Positions 1-12,900 of a stretch of 64,000 nucleotides of DNA are shown here, piece after piece. This DNA comes from Saccostrea echinata. Its lineage: Eukaryota. A program made the translations under genes and the position numbers. The notes below the pieces were generated by a model. That model made no database searches and was not told the origin of the DNA. It saw only the letters and a program-made list of their open reading frames with translations. The stretch is taken from assembly GCF_033153115.1 (NCBI RefSeq), contig NW_026889835.1, forward strand, positions 3,224,001 to 3,288,000. Direction: 5' to 3'. Numbering within the stretch: the stretch's first letter is position 1; each line of letters opens with the position of its first letter.

Positions 1-556
1 TTTGGCTTATATAGTAATATTTTTATTAATTATTATTAGTTCAGACCATGCGAAATTCTATGAGTATAAAATATATATTTTTCTTTGTATTATACCAGAG
101 AGTTTTAACGTGAAAGTCATACCAGTCCGTATTGCCGAGCCGCTGTGGGTTGTCGACATCGTCCTCACTTGAGCCATCAGATTCACTAGAATCACTCGCC
201 TCAGGTTCAAATCGATAAGGGGCTACATTCTGGAAATGTTCTTCTTGTTCTTCGAAGGATGAGGCCTCAAACGACATATGTAGGTCGATATCGGACGCAG
301 AATCGGAGGCTTCGCTGTTGTTGTTTGTACTCGCCATTTTGAACTTGATGTGATGTGACGTCATGCGGGGTTTTTCGCTATTTATGGTAAAACCGGAAGT
401 AGCGTTGATTGGTTTTAGACAGGTGCGAGAACCGCCTACTTTAACCCGGAATATCTCCGTTATCGTTGCGAATCTGACTGTAAAACTTACGGAATGTTTT
501 TATTATACAATTCTACGTATTTTAAAACTAGCATTGTTTCATACTTCCCAGACACT
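1..556 (-). mobile_element. Terminus of a probable Kolobok DNA transposon carrying the KolX/P2X7-like ORF
   Basis: GC-richer segment ends ...CATACTTCCCAGACACT|TTAA (TTAA 557-560), consistent with Kolobok RR..YY termini and a TTAA target. The other end is not in the window. Confidence 0.5.
123..337 (-). CDS. First coding exon of a P2X7 C-terminal (ballast)-like / KolX-like protein; gene continues beyond the window start
   Basis: AAAATGGCG start at 337. Reads MASTNNNSEASDS...VAPYRFEPEASDSSESDGSSEDDVDNPQRLGNTD(W), then a donor TG|GTATGA at 122. PYxFEP, an acidic stretch and RLGNTDW form the typical N-terminus of invertebrate 'P2X purinoceptor 7-like' proteins (recognised from memory, not by search). 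The Cys-rich continuation is outside the window. Confidence 0.7.
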
Positions 557-2107
557 TTAATGCCTTATGACTGTGATTAGGGGAAGGTGTAATATATTAT
601 GTAACCTCATTCTGTGAATGTAAACGTAGAAAAATGGGACAGGATATGATATGTTTGATAATAAAAAATGGAATTTTTTTTCGATTTTGTAAAGAGTATT
701 GTTTTTCTCGGTCATCTTAATGAATATGAGAATGGTTTATTAAACACACACCCTCACACAGTAGATTGTTTTCCACCATTTGGATGTTTCTGATCCATTT
801 CACGCCTCTAAGGCGATCAAAAACAAATTCAAAGATCATTTTGCATATATAAACATAATAGAATGAGAAAATTTATCATTTAATGAAAATAAAATTTATT
901 GAAATCTTAAAAATAGAATTTGTTCATGAAATTTATATAATTTATGAACGGACATTCAGGAGTTGGGTTGTTTGGAGTTGTCATACACACCAACAAATTT
1001 CGAGGATGAATGTGCAAAAGTCACCAAAATTTTGCATATTCCGCATATTTTTCATGGACTATTGATCATACATATTATTCTGGAGAAGTGGACAGACATA
1101 ACTTATATGGAACATACCCTGTACTTGATCAGTAAAAGTCATGCCTTTTTGGCATCATCGACACAAGTAAATCTAATATGCCATCTTGCCAGTGCAGTCC
1201 AATTTGTCTATGTTATGGTGTCAACACAAGACCCTCAAACGATCTTGCACTCCGCAAACCAATTGCGCCCCCCCCCCCCGATACGAAGTACAGGGACCAG
1301 AAGCGTAGATAGCATAATACATGTCTTAATTCATTAACACCCCCCCCCCCCCACACACACACACACACACATAACTAACTACCAAAATATAACGAGTTTC
1401 TTTTTTCTCGGAAAAAGAACTTTGAGTCATATTGAGATACACATGTACATGAAATAAAAATTCATTTTGCTAGAAAAGATTTCAATTTCAAGCTACAATT
1501 TGAGACTTTTTTAATTAAAGAGCTATCTTTCCTGCAGGCTGAGGAGCGGATATCCTTAGAGAACACTGATACACTGCAACGACAAAAGGCAGACTTCGTA
1601 GTGTAGATAGAAGTCTTACGCCAAACTGACCTTTGGAGAGAAAGTTCGAATCATATGTGAAGCTCTTATTTTTTTCTTTTCACATACCTGTAAAAAATAA
1701 CTAAAAAAATTATTTATCAATAAGTTTTTTAATAAAATAAATGAATCAAATGATTGACAATACAGTTTTTAAAAATATATATATAACTTCTTTAACTTTT
1801 AGAACTAAAAAGTGTCTTTTCTCAAGGCGGGGTGGGGGGGGGGGGATTGCACCCCTCCTTTTTTATATACTTCCATGAAGTGTGATCATAACTTTCAGGC
1901 ATTTTCTATGAAATCTTTACGCTTCATTTAACATTACATTCATTAATCAGTTTGGGTATGTAATGCCATGCTTTCAAATAAGGGAACGTATTCATTATGA
2001 ACAAGTTTTGAAAAGATCGATATTATAATTTTTGTATGATGGTGCGTTAGCAATTTTATCTAATGTACGGTATACCAATGTACACCCTGAACTGTGTTCA
2101 ATATTAT

Positions 2108-2254
2108 ACAAATGTATCCCTTGCTTGAGGTCGATCCATACATATACGGACTTCACAGAAAAGCATATCGACCGAGCTCAAAGTGCGAGGTCGATATGCT
2201 TTTCTGTGAAGTTGATATATCTGTGGATTGACCCCATGAAAGGGCTACATTTGT
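2108..2254. repeat. 147-bp imperfect palindrome (MITE-like hairpin)
   Basis: 66-bp arms. The inner 24 bp ACTTCACAGAAAAGCATATCGACC (2150-2173) is perfectly inverted at 2189-2212 around a 15-nt loop. Confidence 0.85.
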
Positions 2255-2868
2255 CATTATTTTTTTTTAACAGAGATTGCCAAAACAAAGTTTGATAATA
2301 ATGGGAATAAGCCACCAGTTTTCTCTCTCGTCTTTTTTAAACACATAGAAACTAGAGATCAAAATAAATTAAGCTGTTTAATGTAATTGTGTTTCCTTTA
2401 TGATGCAGAATTTTAAGTATTATTTTCATTTTTTATTGGATTTTCAGTATATCTATTAGTTTTAAATATAAAAGTAGATCCTCAATCAAGGCATTGTTAC
2501 GTCTTATCAATTATTATCAATTATGAATAGATAGGAGATGAAGTTTAATATTTTTTTTCACAAACGTAAAGTCATATGAACTATTGTGAAGTCAGCACTA
2601 TGAAGATATTTCCACTTTTAGAAACATCAAGTCATTGTGCGTTTCAGAATCTTTAAATAAGACAAGTCTAAATGCTGTTATATTCTTGATCATGTGATCA
2701 AGTTTGAGCCAATCAGAGAGCGTGGAATAATAGTAACAAAAATGATGGACGAAGTATTTTTTTTAAAACGTACATAGTAGGTGATATCTTTGGGAGACGC
2801 GTGCTTTGGTTTGGATATTTTTTAGCTGAATAAACAAGTCTTGAAGGGGGCATCAAAGTTCAATAAAA

Positions 2869-3703
2869 AACAAGATGTGTTTGTGAAACACTGATGCCCC
2901 TGTATGGCAACTTATAGCAAAGGTTAAACATTCTCATATGCAAATCAAATATGTTGCTACCCAAAGTAAGGTCTTGTCTTGAGGAATATACCTGTGAAAT
3001 ATGAAAGCCCAAGCAGCAACAATTGAATGGATATGGAAAAGGTTAAAGTTTTTCAAAAGTTAGTCAAACATCAAGGTCAAGAGGTCAAAATTAATGGTGC
3101 CCAAGGAAAGGCCTTCTCAAAAAAAAATACACATGTGAAATATGAAAGCCGTAGCATCAATCGTTCAAAAGTTATGGCCAAGGTTAAAGTTTTTCAAAAG
3201 TAGATCAAACTCCAAGGTCAAGGTTACAATTGCAATTACAATTACAATCCAAAGGAAGGTCTTGTCACAAGGAATAGACATATAACATATGAAAGTTATA
3301 GCACCAATTTATCAAAAGTTATGGCAAAGGTTAAGGTTTTCCAAAGGTAGGTCAAACCCCAAGGTCAAAGGGTCAAAGTTGTTGATATCCAAAGGAAGGT
3401 CTTGTCACAAGAATTACATATGCGAAGTATGAAAGCCCTAGCACCAAACGTTCAAAAGTTATGGCCAAAGTTAAAGTTTTTCAAAAACTCCAAGGTCAAG
3501 GACAAAAGGTCAAATATGATAGTACTCAAAGAAAGGTCTAGTTACAAGGAATACACATGTGAAATATGAAAGCCATAGCTCCAACCAATCAAAAGTCATG
3601 GGCAATGTTAAAGTTTTTGCGGACAAACACAGAGCTAGACAGACAGACGGACGGTAAGGGCAAAAACTATACACCTCCGAATCTTCGATACGGGGGCATA
3701 AAA
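2869..3703 (+). mobile_element. Pearl/HINE (Helentron-associated)-like non-autonomous element with ~140-bp internal tandem array
   Basis: Starts AACAAGATGTGTTTGTGAAACAC (short palindrome) plus ATGCCCC. Carries ~5.5 copies of a unit with GTGAAATATGAAAGCC...GGTTAAAGTTTT...GGTCAA (anchors ~2995, 3136, 3287, 3424, 3560), an (ACAG/ACGG)n microsatellite near 3636, and ends GGGGCATAAAAA (inverse of ATGCCCC). Confidence 0.8.
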
Positions 3704-4680
3704 ATATTTTTGAAATTCGATCATAATAAAGTTATAACTTTCTGACAGGAACAGTAGGTAAATTTTGATTTCTTTACCCAGTGCCATTTTGAGATCGCCA
3801 CTGTTCCTGTAGAGTAGGCTTTTCCCTTTCAAATCTTTCCCCCGGAAAACTGGCTCCAGAGTAGACCCCCCCCCCCGGGGAAAGGGCTCTAGAGTAGGAT
3901 TTCCCCTACGAATATCCCACATCAGATTCAATTTTCCGGGAAGAAATCCTGTGTAATAGTTATAAAGTGCGATTTTCCCCCAGAGCCGATCCTATGTGCG
4001 AGGGGGGGGGGGCATTGTTACAAGTATCCCTTCTTTAAAATGGCGACCATGCAGTTCCATTGAAACATACGAAGTATGGAAATTGAACATATTTAAATCT
4101 CATTTTTCTCAGCGACTGTCCAATCAATCCTTTTGAAGCATTAGAATTTATTCTTTTCATCTGGTCAAACTGGTGTCTGAAAAAAAAGTACAATGTAATC
4201 GGTTGGACAAATTTTTAACTGTATCCATGGAAACAAAAAAGAACTTTTTTCTCTCCAATTGTATTTTAAAACTACCAAAGCCCATTGAGCTCATTTTTGT
4301 TGGTAAACTTTTTTCTGAACCTGGACATCAAGAGTTAAACTGTTGGCATGATTATTATGAGCAGTGAGCCTTAACTAAACTAAACTTGTGAAACTCACGG
4401 CCTCCTGTTCAAACCTCATAATGGGTCAATAAGTTGGTTGTATATTGAAAGTACATCTGTGAAAATCTTAACCCATAGACATCCAGCAAGCAAATTGTTT
4501 GCATGATTATAATGAGAAATTACTCCTTTACAAAAATGATTTAATTCATGCAGGCCCGTAGAACGCGAGGCCGCCCCCTTTTTCTGAGTATAGTACTTTT
4601 TTATAGTAAATTTTCATTTAGATGCTGCTGCCCCCCCCCCTCCCGGCCCCCAACACACACACACACACACACTGTTTCTT

Positions 4681-5161
4681 GCGGTAAGGTCGGGCACTGG
4701 CAAATTCCAAGAATTCAAAAAAAAAAGATGTACAAAAAGTAAGAGAAAGGTCAAACCCCCCATCCCTCCCCCATGAAATAGAATTTTCGAGTCTGGTCAG
4801 TTTAGTTTTTTTTGAGGGGGAGGGGTTCCCCCCTTTTTGAACTTTTTTTGCGGTAAGGTCGAGCACTGGCAAATTCCAGGATTTAAAAAAAAAAAAAAAG
4901 ATGTACAAAAAGTAAGAGAAAGGTCAAACCCCCCATCCCTCCCCCATGAAATAGAATTTTCGAGTCTGGTCAGTTTATTATTTTTTTTTTTTGAGGGGGA
5001 GGGGTTCCCCCCTTTTTGAACTTTTTTGCGGTAAGGTCGAGCACTGGCAAATTCCAGGATTTCAAAAAAAAAAAAAAAAAAAAAAGATGTACAAAAAGTA
5101 AGAGAAAGGTCAACCCCCCCCCCATCCCTCCCCCATGAAATAGAATTTTCGAGTCTGGTCA

Positions 5162-5198
<37 letters not shown>

Positions 5199-5228
5199 GG
5201 AGGGGTTCCCCCCTTTTTGAACTTTTTT
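4681..5228 (+). repeat. Three near-identical ~170-200-bp tandem units with variable homopolymer tracts
   Basis: Unit GCGGTAAGGTCGAGCACTGGCAAATTCC...GATGTACAAAAAGTAAGAGAAAGGTCAA...GAGGGGGAGGGGTTCCCCCC starts at 4681, 4850 and 5028. Flanked by CCCCCAA(CA)n near 4647 and 5261. Confidence 0.9.
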
Positions 5229-6367
5229 GCTTATCAGATTTGTTTGGGAGGTTGCCCCACCCCCCAACACACACACACACTTTGAAAACCGACAAACCGG
5301 GTCTGTCATGTCCCCCCCCCCCCCAGCTAGTGAATAGGCCTCAAGGCGAAACTAAGTTGGTCGTGTTAAAATTTATTATACAGCGTTCCATATCATCTCC
5401 ATACAGCGTTGTATATCATCTCCATACCTTAACTTCTGGAAGACCAATTTTATGAATATGAAAGTGCTTATGATTAACGAGTCTGAACCCTTAGAATTCG
5501 AGTATGAGTTTTGGGACAGGGGTTCCTGTTTGTTTCTTCTTATTTTTACTCCATTTCATGGTAGTCTCCTTTCATGATCGTACAAAAATGGTATAGAACT
5601 CGATTGAAAAATCATTGAGAAACCAAATTATAAATTCTCTTTACTGTAACATAAACCAGTGGGAATACCCATCTTTATAAGAGCAATTGTGTTATTGGGA
5701 CGATTGTAAAGACATTCCGCACTGATTGCTAATTGGAAAATTTAAATAACCTTGTTGATATCATATATCAGGCCCATTGATTTCAGATCAGTAGGAATTC
5801 ATTGGACACAACAAAACGGGGGCTATGTGACACCGTCCTGTTGTCAGTTCGACATAGATCGCTGATTGGAATAAGTGTTTATTTTTACATCAGATCCATT
5901 TATTTAATGAATGAGATAAGAATGATATATCAGGGCAGTCAATCGTGTCCCTTTTGCCCAGTGTTAAATTGTAGAGGTAGAGCCCGACCTCTTTTTAAAG
6001 GCTTTTGAAAAATTAGACAAAAGAAAGATGTACGTGTAGGAGAAATTGTGGAACTCTTACATACACTATGAATAGGAATTTATAGACTGTTTAAAAATCC
6101 ATACAACGAAGAATTATGCGTGGAAAAGACGGATTTAAATACGTTTATCTGTGGGACATGTTTGTGCTGGTATAGGAGAAGTTTAAAAGGAAAATATGGG
6201 TCATTATTGACTTTTTTCTTTGTGAAACACTGCGCAAATGCATCAACAATTTCAGGTATATGCCCCGTTGATTCATGGAACATTTCAAATGTAGTCGTGC
6301 TTGGGTATCTGTGATCTTTTTGTGGTGAATGTAATTCTTTTGCTGGTCAAGTTCTTGAGTATGAGAT

Positions 6368-7442
6368 ATGGCGACATCGCAAAATCAGGAACCGGTCTCA
6401 AACGGATTCCAGAATGGCAATAGTCTCACAGAGCGTATGAATAAATACAAAGTAGATGATGAAAAAGATACAACAGAAAGTAATTCTTCCGGGGAACAAA
6501 GTTCGCCTCTCTTTAAGGATGAAGCAGAAAGACTGAAACATTTACAGAAGATCCGAGCTTCCCCTACCAGTTCCGCGGCTTCCAGGATTAAAAATAAGAC
6601 CCGAAGTTATGAAGTTCTGAATCTTCCAAATGGAACGCCGACGTACGACAATCTTCGAGTGTAAGTATTGGGTTCATTTAAAATTATTTAAGTAGATGAT
6701 TTGCTAATGAACTTGGTTCTTTGACATTTGATTTCAATGAAAGATCGGTCATTATTCGACATTTTTAAAATATATGGTACAAAGATTTTAAGATCATGTC
6801 AAATATTAAAATTAAATATTAACTTCTATCCAATAGATTCGGCATGAATACAAATAATGAAGAAGTCGACGACATTTTCAAACATTTTAAAATGTTTTGT
6901 GCCCTATTTAAGATTGTTAAGATTGTCGTCAATTTCATAAGTTTTAATATATTTTCTGAAGTCCTATAAATTATCAATTACAGGGTCCAAAGTTCAGCAC
7001 CAAAGATCCCAGCAAGGGCAGCAGCATTAGGTAGGCAAAAAGTCTGATCATCATAATCTTTAAGTTGATTTATTTTTTTTTTTTAAAAGACGAAAATACA
7101 TTATTTCCAAAATAAAGCTTTTATCAGTTGCTATTTTAAGAAACTTCGCAGATTATATTACATTACTCAGATGAGTTTCTTTCATTTACAGCCGATCTTC
7201 CCCCATTAGTTATTCCAAAGGACGGGAACCTTCAGAGTTTCAGTGTAGATGAAATGGCTACATTTTTTAGATACATGAGGGTTAATGAGGAAATAGTTCA
7301 GAGACTTCATCGAAAGGAAATGGATGGTAGGAAGTTCGGGAAACTCAAGGACAAAACTCTGGAAGACTTACAAATCAAAAACCCCATCCTGCTTCATTTC
7401 AGGGACAGATCGAGCAAAGATCGAATCGGTTTCATGTTATAA
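6368..7442 (+). CDS. Pro/Tyr-motif adaptor with C-terminal GAREM-like SAM domain, paralog 1 (~196 aa)
   Basis: Exons 6368-6660, 6984-7030, 7192-7442 (GT-AG, phases 2 and 1; 591 nt in frame). Contains PTYDNL and APKIPAR, then IPKDGNLQSFSVDEMATFFRYMRVNEEIVQRLHRKEMDGRKFGKLKDKTLEDLQIKNPILLHFRDR, which aligns by eye to the GAREM SAM pattern (DLSGLSIEEV...LRFIGLSEDVI...EKIDG..L..L). AATAAA at 7555. Confidence 0.8.
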
Positions 7443-9938
7443 TGCTTTTTACTGGAATGGAAGTGATTAGGACAAATCAATACGTGATATTCTCATAGTG
7501 CCTGATATTATTGCAGATATTTACATTAATAATCATAATATATCATTCATTAACAATAAAATTAAATACTGCATTAAAAAGTTCTGCTGAGGGGCGATTT
7601 TCTGCTTTACGGTGACAATATCGGAGTTCTGAGAGAGGTGAACAAAAGTTTGAATTAAATTCAATTGTATAAGAATGTCCCTTGCTCTAAATTTCTTGTA
7701 TCAATATTTGTTGTATTTATGTACCCATCATTTTTGTTCTATTGGGGGAGGGGGTTATCATTTTCAATGCTCGCAGCATCTCTCGTTTATATTGGTGTGT
7801 GTGACTTGAATGTTATTTACTTTAGTTATATACTGTACCTGCAGTTTTACTTTTAAGGTCCTTCAACATACTCTGTCTATTATTTTACGTCTTTGTGTTC
7901 ATATCCATTATCCATATGTTGTTCGACTTTCTTTCACAAAGAATAATTTCTGCGGGAATGTTCTTTAATAAATACCTCCGGTAAATGCATAAAATTCTAA
8001 TCACACGATCATTAGCAAGAAAAGCTCTTGTCAGTACAATCTTTCCCAAAATATCATCTGCAGATCAGATTTCATCCTTTCATGTTGAATTAAAATGCTT
8101 TTTTAACAATTTTATTTCTTGTTTCAAAACAGACAACATTTCTTTGTATAGCCTTTCAAATAAAACGCAGGTTTATATGATGATGTATAGATTTTTGTCT
8201 TGTTTTGATGAAAGATAATGCATATTTCTTCAAGCGATGAATTTGTTTCACCACTGAAATTCTGAAGTGTCCATGTTTTTCTTCAATTTCTATTTGACTC
8301 CCTGTTAAATGGATTAAAATGTTAGATTTCTATATAAAGAATAGGTCTTTTAGAAATACTTAGGGTAAAAGACTGGCAAATAACTGAAACAGATTGATTC
8401 AAAAAATATCAATAATTAAGTTTTAAATTCTAGAAACATTTGTTTTTGCAAAGAGACATTAGCATTCTTTAATTCCTCAGTTATCCAAATTCTGCAAATC
8501 ACGTTGTCACTTGATGTGCTCATTTTTAACACGTTGACTGTCTGAATGCCCGAGGGTAGTTTTCTCCAATGTTGGTCCTATAATCCTCGTAATCTTGAAT
8601 GTGCTTCCCCCTCATTCTATAGAAGTGAAAACAAGTTTTTGTGGTGAACAATGACAAGAATGTTGAAAGATAAAGAAACAAATACTTAGTCTATTGTTCA
8701 TAAATCGTTTGTGTGTTTGTGAAGTCTATCTTTTAACCAAATAATTGGAATGAGGTAAAGATAATTCCCAAATTTTCCCTCAGTTTAGTAGAAATCTGCA
8801 CATTAGGGTGTAACAGAGTTCTTAAAGAATACGCACTGTAGAACAAACTCCTTTAGAAATTTAACATTCATTTTTTACGAATATCGGTCAGCCATTGTAA
8901 ACTTTTGTTGCGAAACAAATCATCTGTAAATACAAAGAAATGTGAACTTTTTAAACAAGATTTATTCAAATGTTTCAGAATAAATAGGTTTAACAATTGA
9001 TCTACAATTCCTTTAAATTTTTATATTAAACTGTTAAACTTAGACGCAATTTTTTAACAAATGCAAATTACACTTTCTTTGGTGCTGATATAGCTTCTCA
9101 AAATACAATTGAAAACCTCGGTACAAACTGTTGCAAGAAGCTGATTATTGAAGTATGAATTTTAACTTAATAATGTTTTATCAATTAATGAGTTGCAGAA
9201 GTTTATTTCCTTTAGGCTCTATGGAACAGAAGATTCGGACAGACATACGTGTACTACCAGAGTGTGTCCAAACTGTCTGTTTATTTCTAATGTCAAGACG
9301 GTACAGTACAGTGTACCAAGAAGAAAACTTGTTTTCCTATCCCCTTCTTTTTAGATGTGTCGATCTGCAAAGTATAAGAATCAAAATAAACAAAACAAAA
9401 AAAAAAAGAAAAAAAAAGAAAAATGGCCAAAAAAGAAAATAATTTCTCTGATGATCTTTCACGGATTGACCTGTTTCTGGCAAAGCTTCCAAAATCACAT
9501 TGTGATCCCTGCCTCACAAATAAATGAAAAGAAACTCATGCAATGTTTCATGTTATAATTAAGCACAAGAGTTACTAAAACCTTGGGTCTTATAATACGT
9601 GTATTGATAGCTTTTTGTGGTTGAAGTCTATTTTACTCGCTGAACTTTTTTGTTTTATTTTAAAACTTTTACCCATTTGCCACAGTTCTCCGATGACTAA
9701 GTTGATACCCGCCTTCGCAAATCGGTGTGTCATAACAAATGTCATGAGAAGTTCCTCGAGTAAATCCAAACACAAAAGAAACCTACACTTATTAAAAACT
9801 GACCTCGTTTCTTGAATGGTTTTCAGGCCTGACTGACTGCTTTCACGCATGCTTGGGCATGAATTCAGGTTGAACGAATTTTCGTCACAATAACACGACA
9901 GTCCTATATGTATAAATAAGACCGGTAATTGAAGTAAA

Positions 9939-12900
9939 ATGGCAGAGTATGAAAGAAGTGCACCCCATATGAACGGACACGTTAACGGAGCGATGACCAA
10001 CGGACACTCGGATACAGAGACGGACAAACAGAGCGAGAGCTCTACAACATCATCAACACGTAACCTCACCAGGTAAGACAGCACACCTGCGCACGTGCAG
10101 TGGTATTTTGTTTTTCTGAGACAAAAAGGATACTTTGGTACAATGTATCTATAACTTAGTTTTACTATTTCTATACGAACCTGAAAACAAACACAAAAAA
10201 TAAAATATATTTCAATCGATTTTTTGTACTAGGTGATTTGCTTTATCGCTGTATTTTATCTTTTTGTGATATAAATATTTAAACTTTCATATTTTATAAA
10301 ATCTTTCATCCTACATTTTCCTATTTGGAAATTCAAATTGTTCAAAATCAGTGAAGCTGTATTAGACCAGATCGGAATCCAGCTAGACAGGTTCTATCTC
10401 TGAGGACCACTAATGGATTATTTATAGTTTTCAATACACATGCAAATATGGCTGGACGGGTATGCAGATGGTGTGTACAAAAGAAAAGGACAATATTTGT
10501 ACATGGCTCTTTACTTTTTTTTTTTTTGGTTCGTAAAAAATGCACTTACTCACTGCGTTTACCCCAACAAAGAACGGATTGGATGTCGTCTGTACCTGAA
10601 TGAGACACGGGTACAGTGTTAATGGCGTACAATAACACCTTATTCTACACCTGTTTTATTTCAGAAACAACCTGTCTGTCACCTTGACGTAATCAATGTC
10701 ATCTAAACCCACCGACAGACGATACTAACTGATCACAAAGCTCTATCTTTTCTTCATCTTTTTCTTTTACCAAAACGCAAGAATCAGCTAAATAAGTAGT
10801 AAAATTCGCCACATTGAAAAGGGGAGATATATTTCCTCTGTCAGTGTCTGTGGTTCATCGTTCATTGTCTTGTCCAATGAATCTCTCGTTAAACATTTTT
10901 TAAACTAAAAATGTCTTAAGCTAAAGAATTTCAACGTTAAAATAAACACAGCTCATTCCATTTCCTAAGAAATCAAATCTTTCTAATTTTCGAGGATACT
11001 CTATTTAAAATTTACTCAACTCTTGTACTGTTTAACATTTCTCACGCTTTCATTGCCAAAAATTCTCCTCCAGACACCCACTTGATTACTTTTAAGTCAT
11101 AAAGCTACTTTAAATTAATCAAGTTATACCGAACAATAACTTTTTTAAAAGCATTTAAAAATGTTAAGATTAATGCAGTCTACTACAGGACCCTTTATCT
11201 AACCATATGGATTGGTTACTTTTCATTTTACTGTGTAACCAACCGTTGACTTCATTATTTCAATCATTTGTAATTTAGTTTGTCCCTTTATGTTTGTCAG
11301 TGTTCATATCATTGCCTTCGGACCTAGAATTAGACCATAGTATTGGAGATCTTGAAGTTGCACCTATTTTTTTCAGGAACACGGTATCATTTTAATAAGT
11401 AATATGCAAGCATATCCTAGTGCAGTTTTATGTTCTTGAAAACCTTCCGGGGGAGGGGGGGGTAGGTAACGCAGGGTTAAAATGTGATTATTTGAAGGCG
11501 TGATGTTTTGGAAATCCCAGAATAAAGTACCCACACAATTTGGACACCATTGATTACTAGATTAAAGATAACGAAGATTGTAAAGTCATGTTTATTGTTT
11601 AACTTTATTGTGAAACAAATAGATAGGTGCAGTAGATTGTCGTACGTTTACCACGATAATGCCTCCCTCACTAATTATTCGCCACTATGTAATTAAGGAA
11701 TGTCATTTAACTTATGCATACCACCTGTCTTTTATTTTCCTTTTTGGTTTTGTTATTGTTAGAATTACTCGTGAATGAACGCATAACGACACAACCCACA
11801 GGAATTGGATTTCGAAGGCGTAATTCAAAAGCCATACTGTAAAAATTCAAGAGTTAAGATAAATAGACGATAGCCAAAGGATGTTTGTTTACAAATAGCT
11901 TTAAAACTTGTATGAAACGGTGTGCTTTTGACATGCTGTACTTGCAATTAGCATAAATGATTGATAGAAATCCTTTTTAAGCGAAGTTAAGAAAATGAAA
12001 CATTTACATTTATAACAAGCAGATAATAAGTTGATATTTCCCAGGGATTTATCAGCCTATTTTGGGAAACACCATTTTTGGGGAATTGGGAAAAAATTAT
12101 CGGCTTTTTGATGAAATTGGGAAAAATTAAAAATGTTGCTTAAATCATGTATTCAGGCGTAATTCATTTAACATTTCAGCATGAACTCTAATTTGGGCAG
12201 CCAAACAGACAATTATATATATGATCCAACTTCATACAAGATCAATTATGAATAACAGACTAATAAAAGTAAAATTGACTTCATTGAGTATGAAGTGTTT
12301 ATACAACTTAGGGTAGTACATGTGTGTATGAGATTCCAATTTAGGTCATTACAGAATCTGTTTCTGGAAAATATAAACCTCCTGCAAGTGTATATTTTCT
12401 CAAAGTCCTCTTTTAATATGTATTAATGCATTGAAAATATATTTTTCTATTTGAAATAATGCCTACAGTCCTTACCATTCATTCGTAGATCAATTGAGTA
12501 TGTAGAAATAACTTAATCAATCTATATAATTACACAATATCACCATTTTCAGAAAAACGGAGGAAATTCGGATTAAAAGTTGGCGATGTTTTTACAGTGT
12601 TTTTCAGAAATTTTCTTTAAAAATGGCTCCAAATGGTGCATTTTCCAGCATTTTAGATTGAATTAGTTTTTGGCCACTTTTTTCCTAGTTGTTTTTCAAG
12701 ACCGACCTACCCAAATTTTCAAGAAATTGAACAAAAAATTAGAATTTTAGGATTATTTTTAACTTCCATATTAACTTGGAAAATGAGACTTTTCTAAAGA
12801 AAAAATTAAATGTAAAATCTGACAAAATTAGAAATATCGCCATTTGCTATATAATAGGGTATCCAATTCTTCATTTTAAAATGCACGTCCAACACAGTGT

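Noticed and set aside
4618-5455. ORFs of up to 170 aa with repeated peptides
   Set aside because: Translation of a non-coding tandem repeat containing homopolymers.
9355-9558. ORF ending ...CFML* with a 15-nt match (GTTTCATGTTATAAT) to the end of SAM paralog 1; possible third paralog
   Set aside because: No SAM similarity upstream and the ORF runs through an A-rich tract; most likely coincidence.
9590-10084. 164-aa minus-strand ORF
   Set aside because: Antisense shadow of exon 1 and the promoter of SAM paralog 2; no recognisable motifs.
11763-11920. Candidate extra exon of SAM paralog 2 after TTGTTAG
   Set aside because: Stop codon within a few codons in the required frame.
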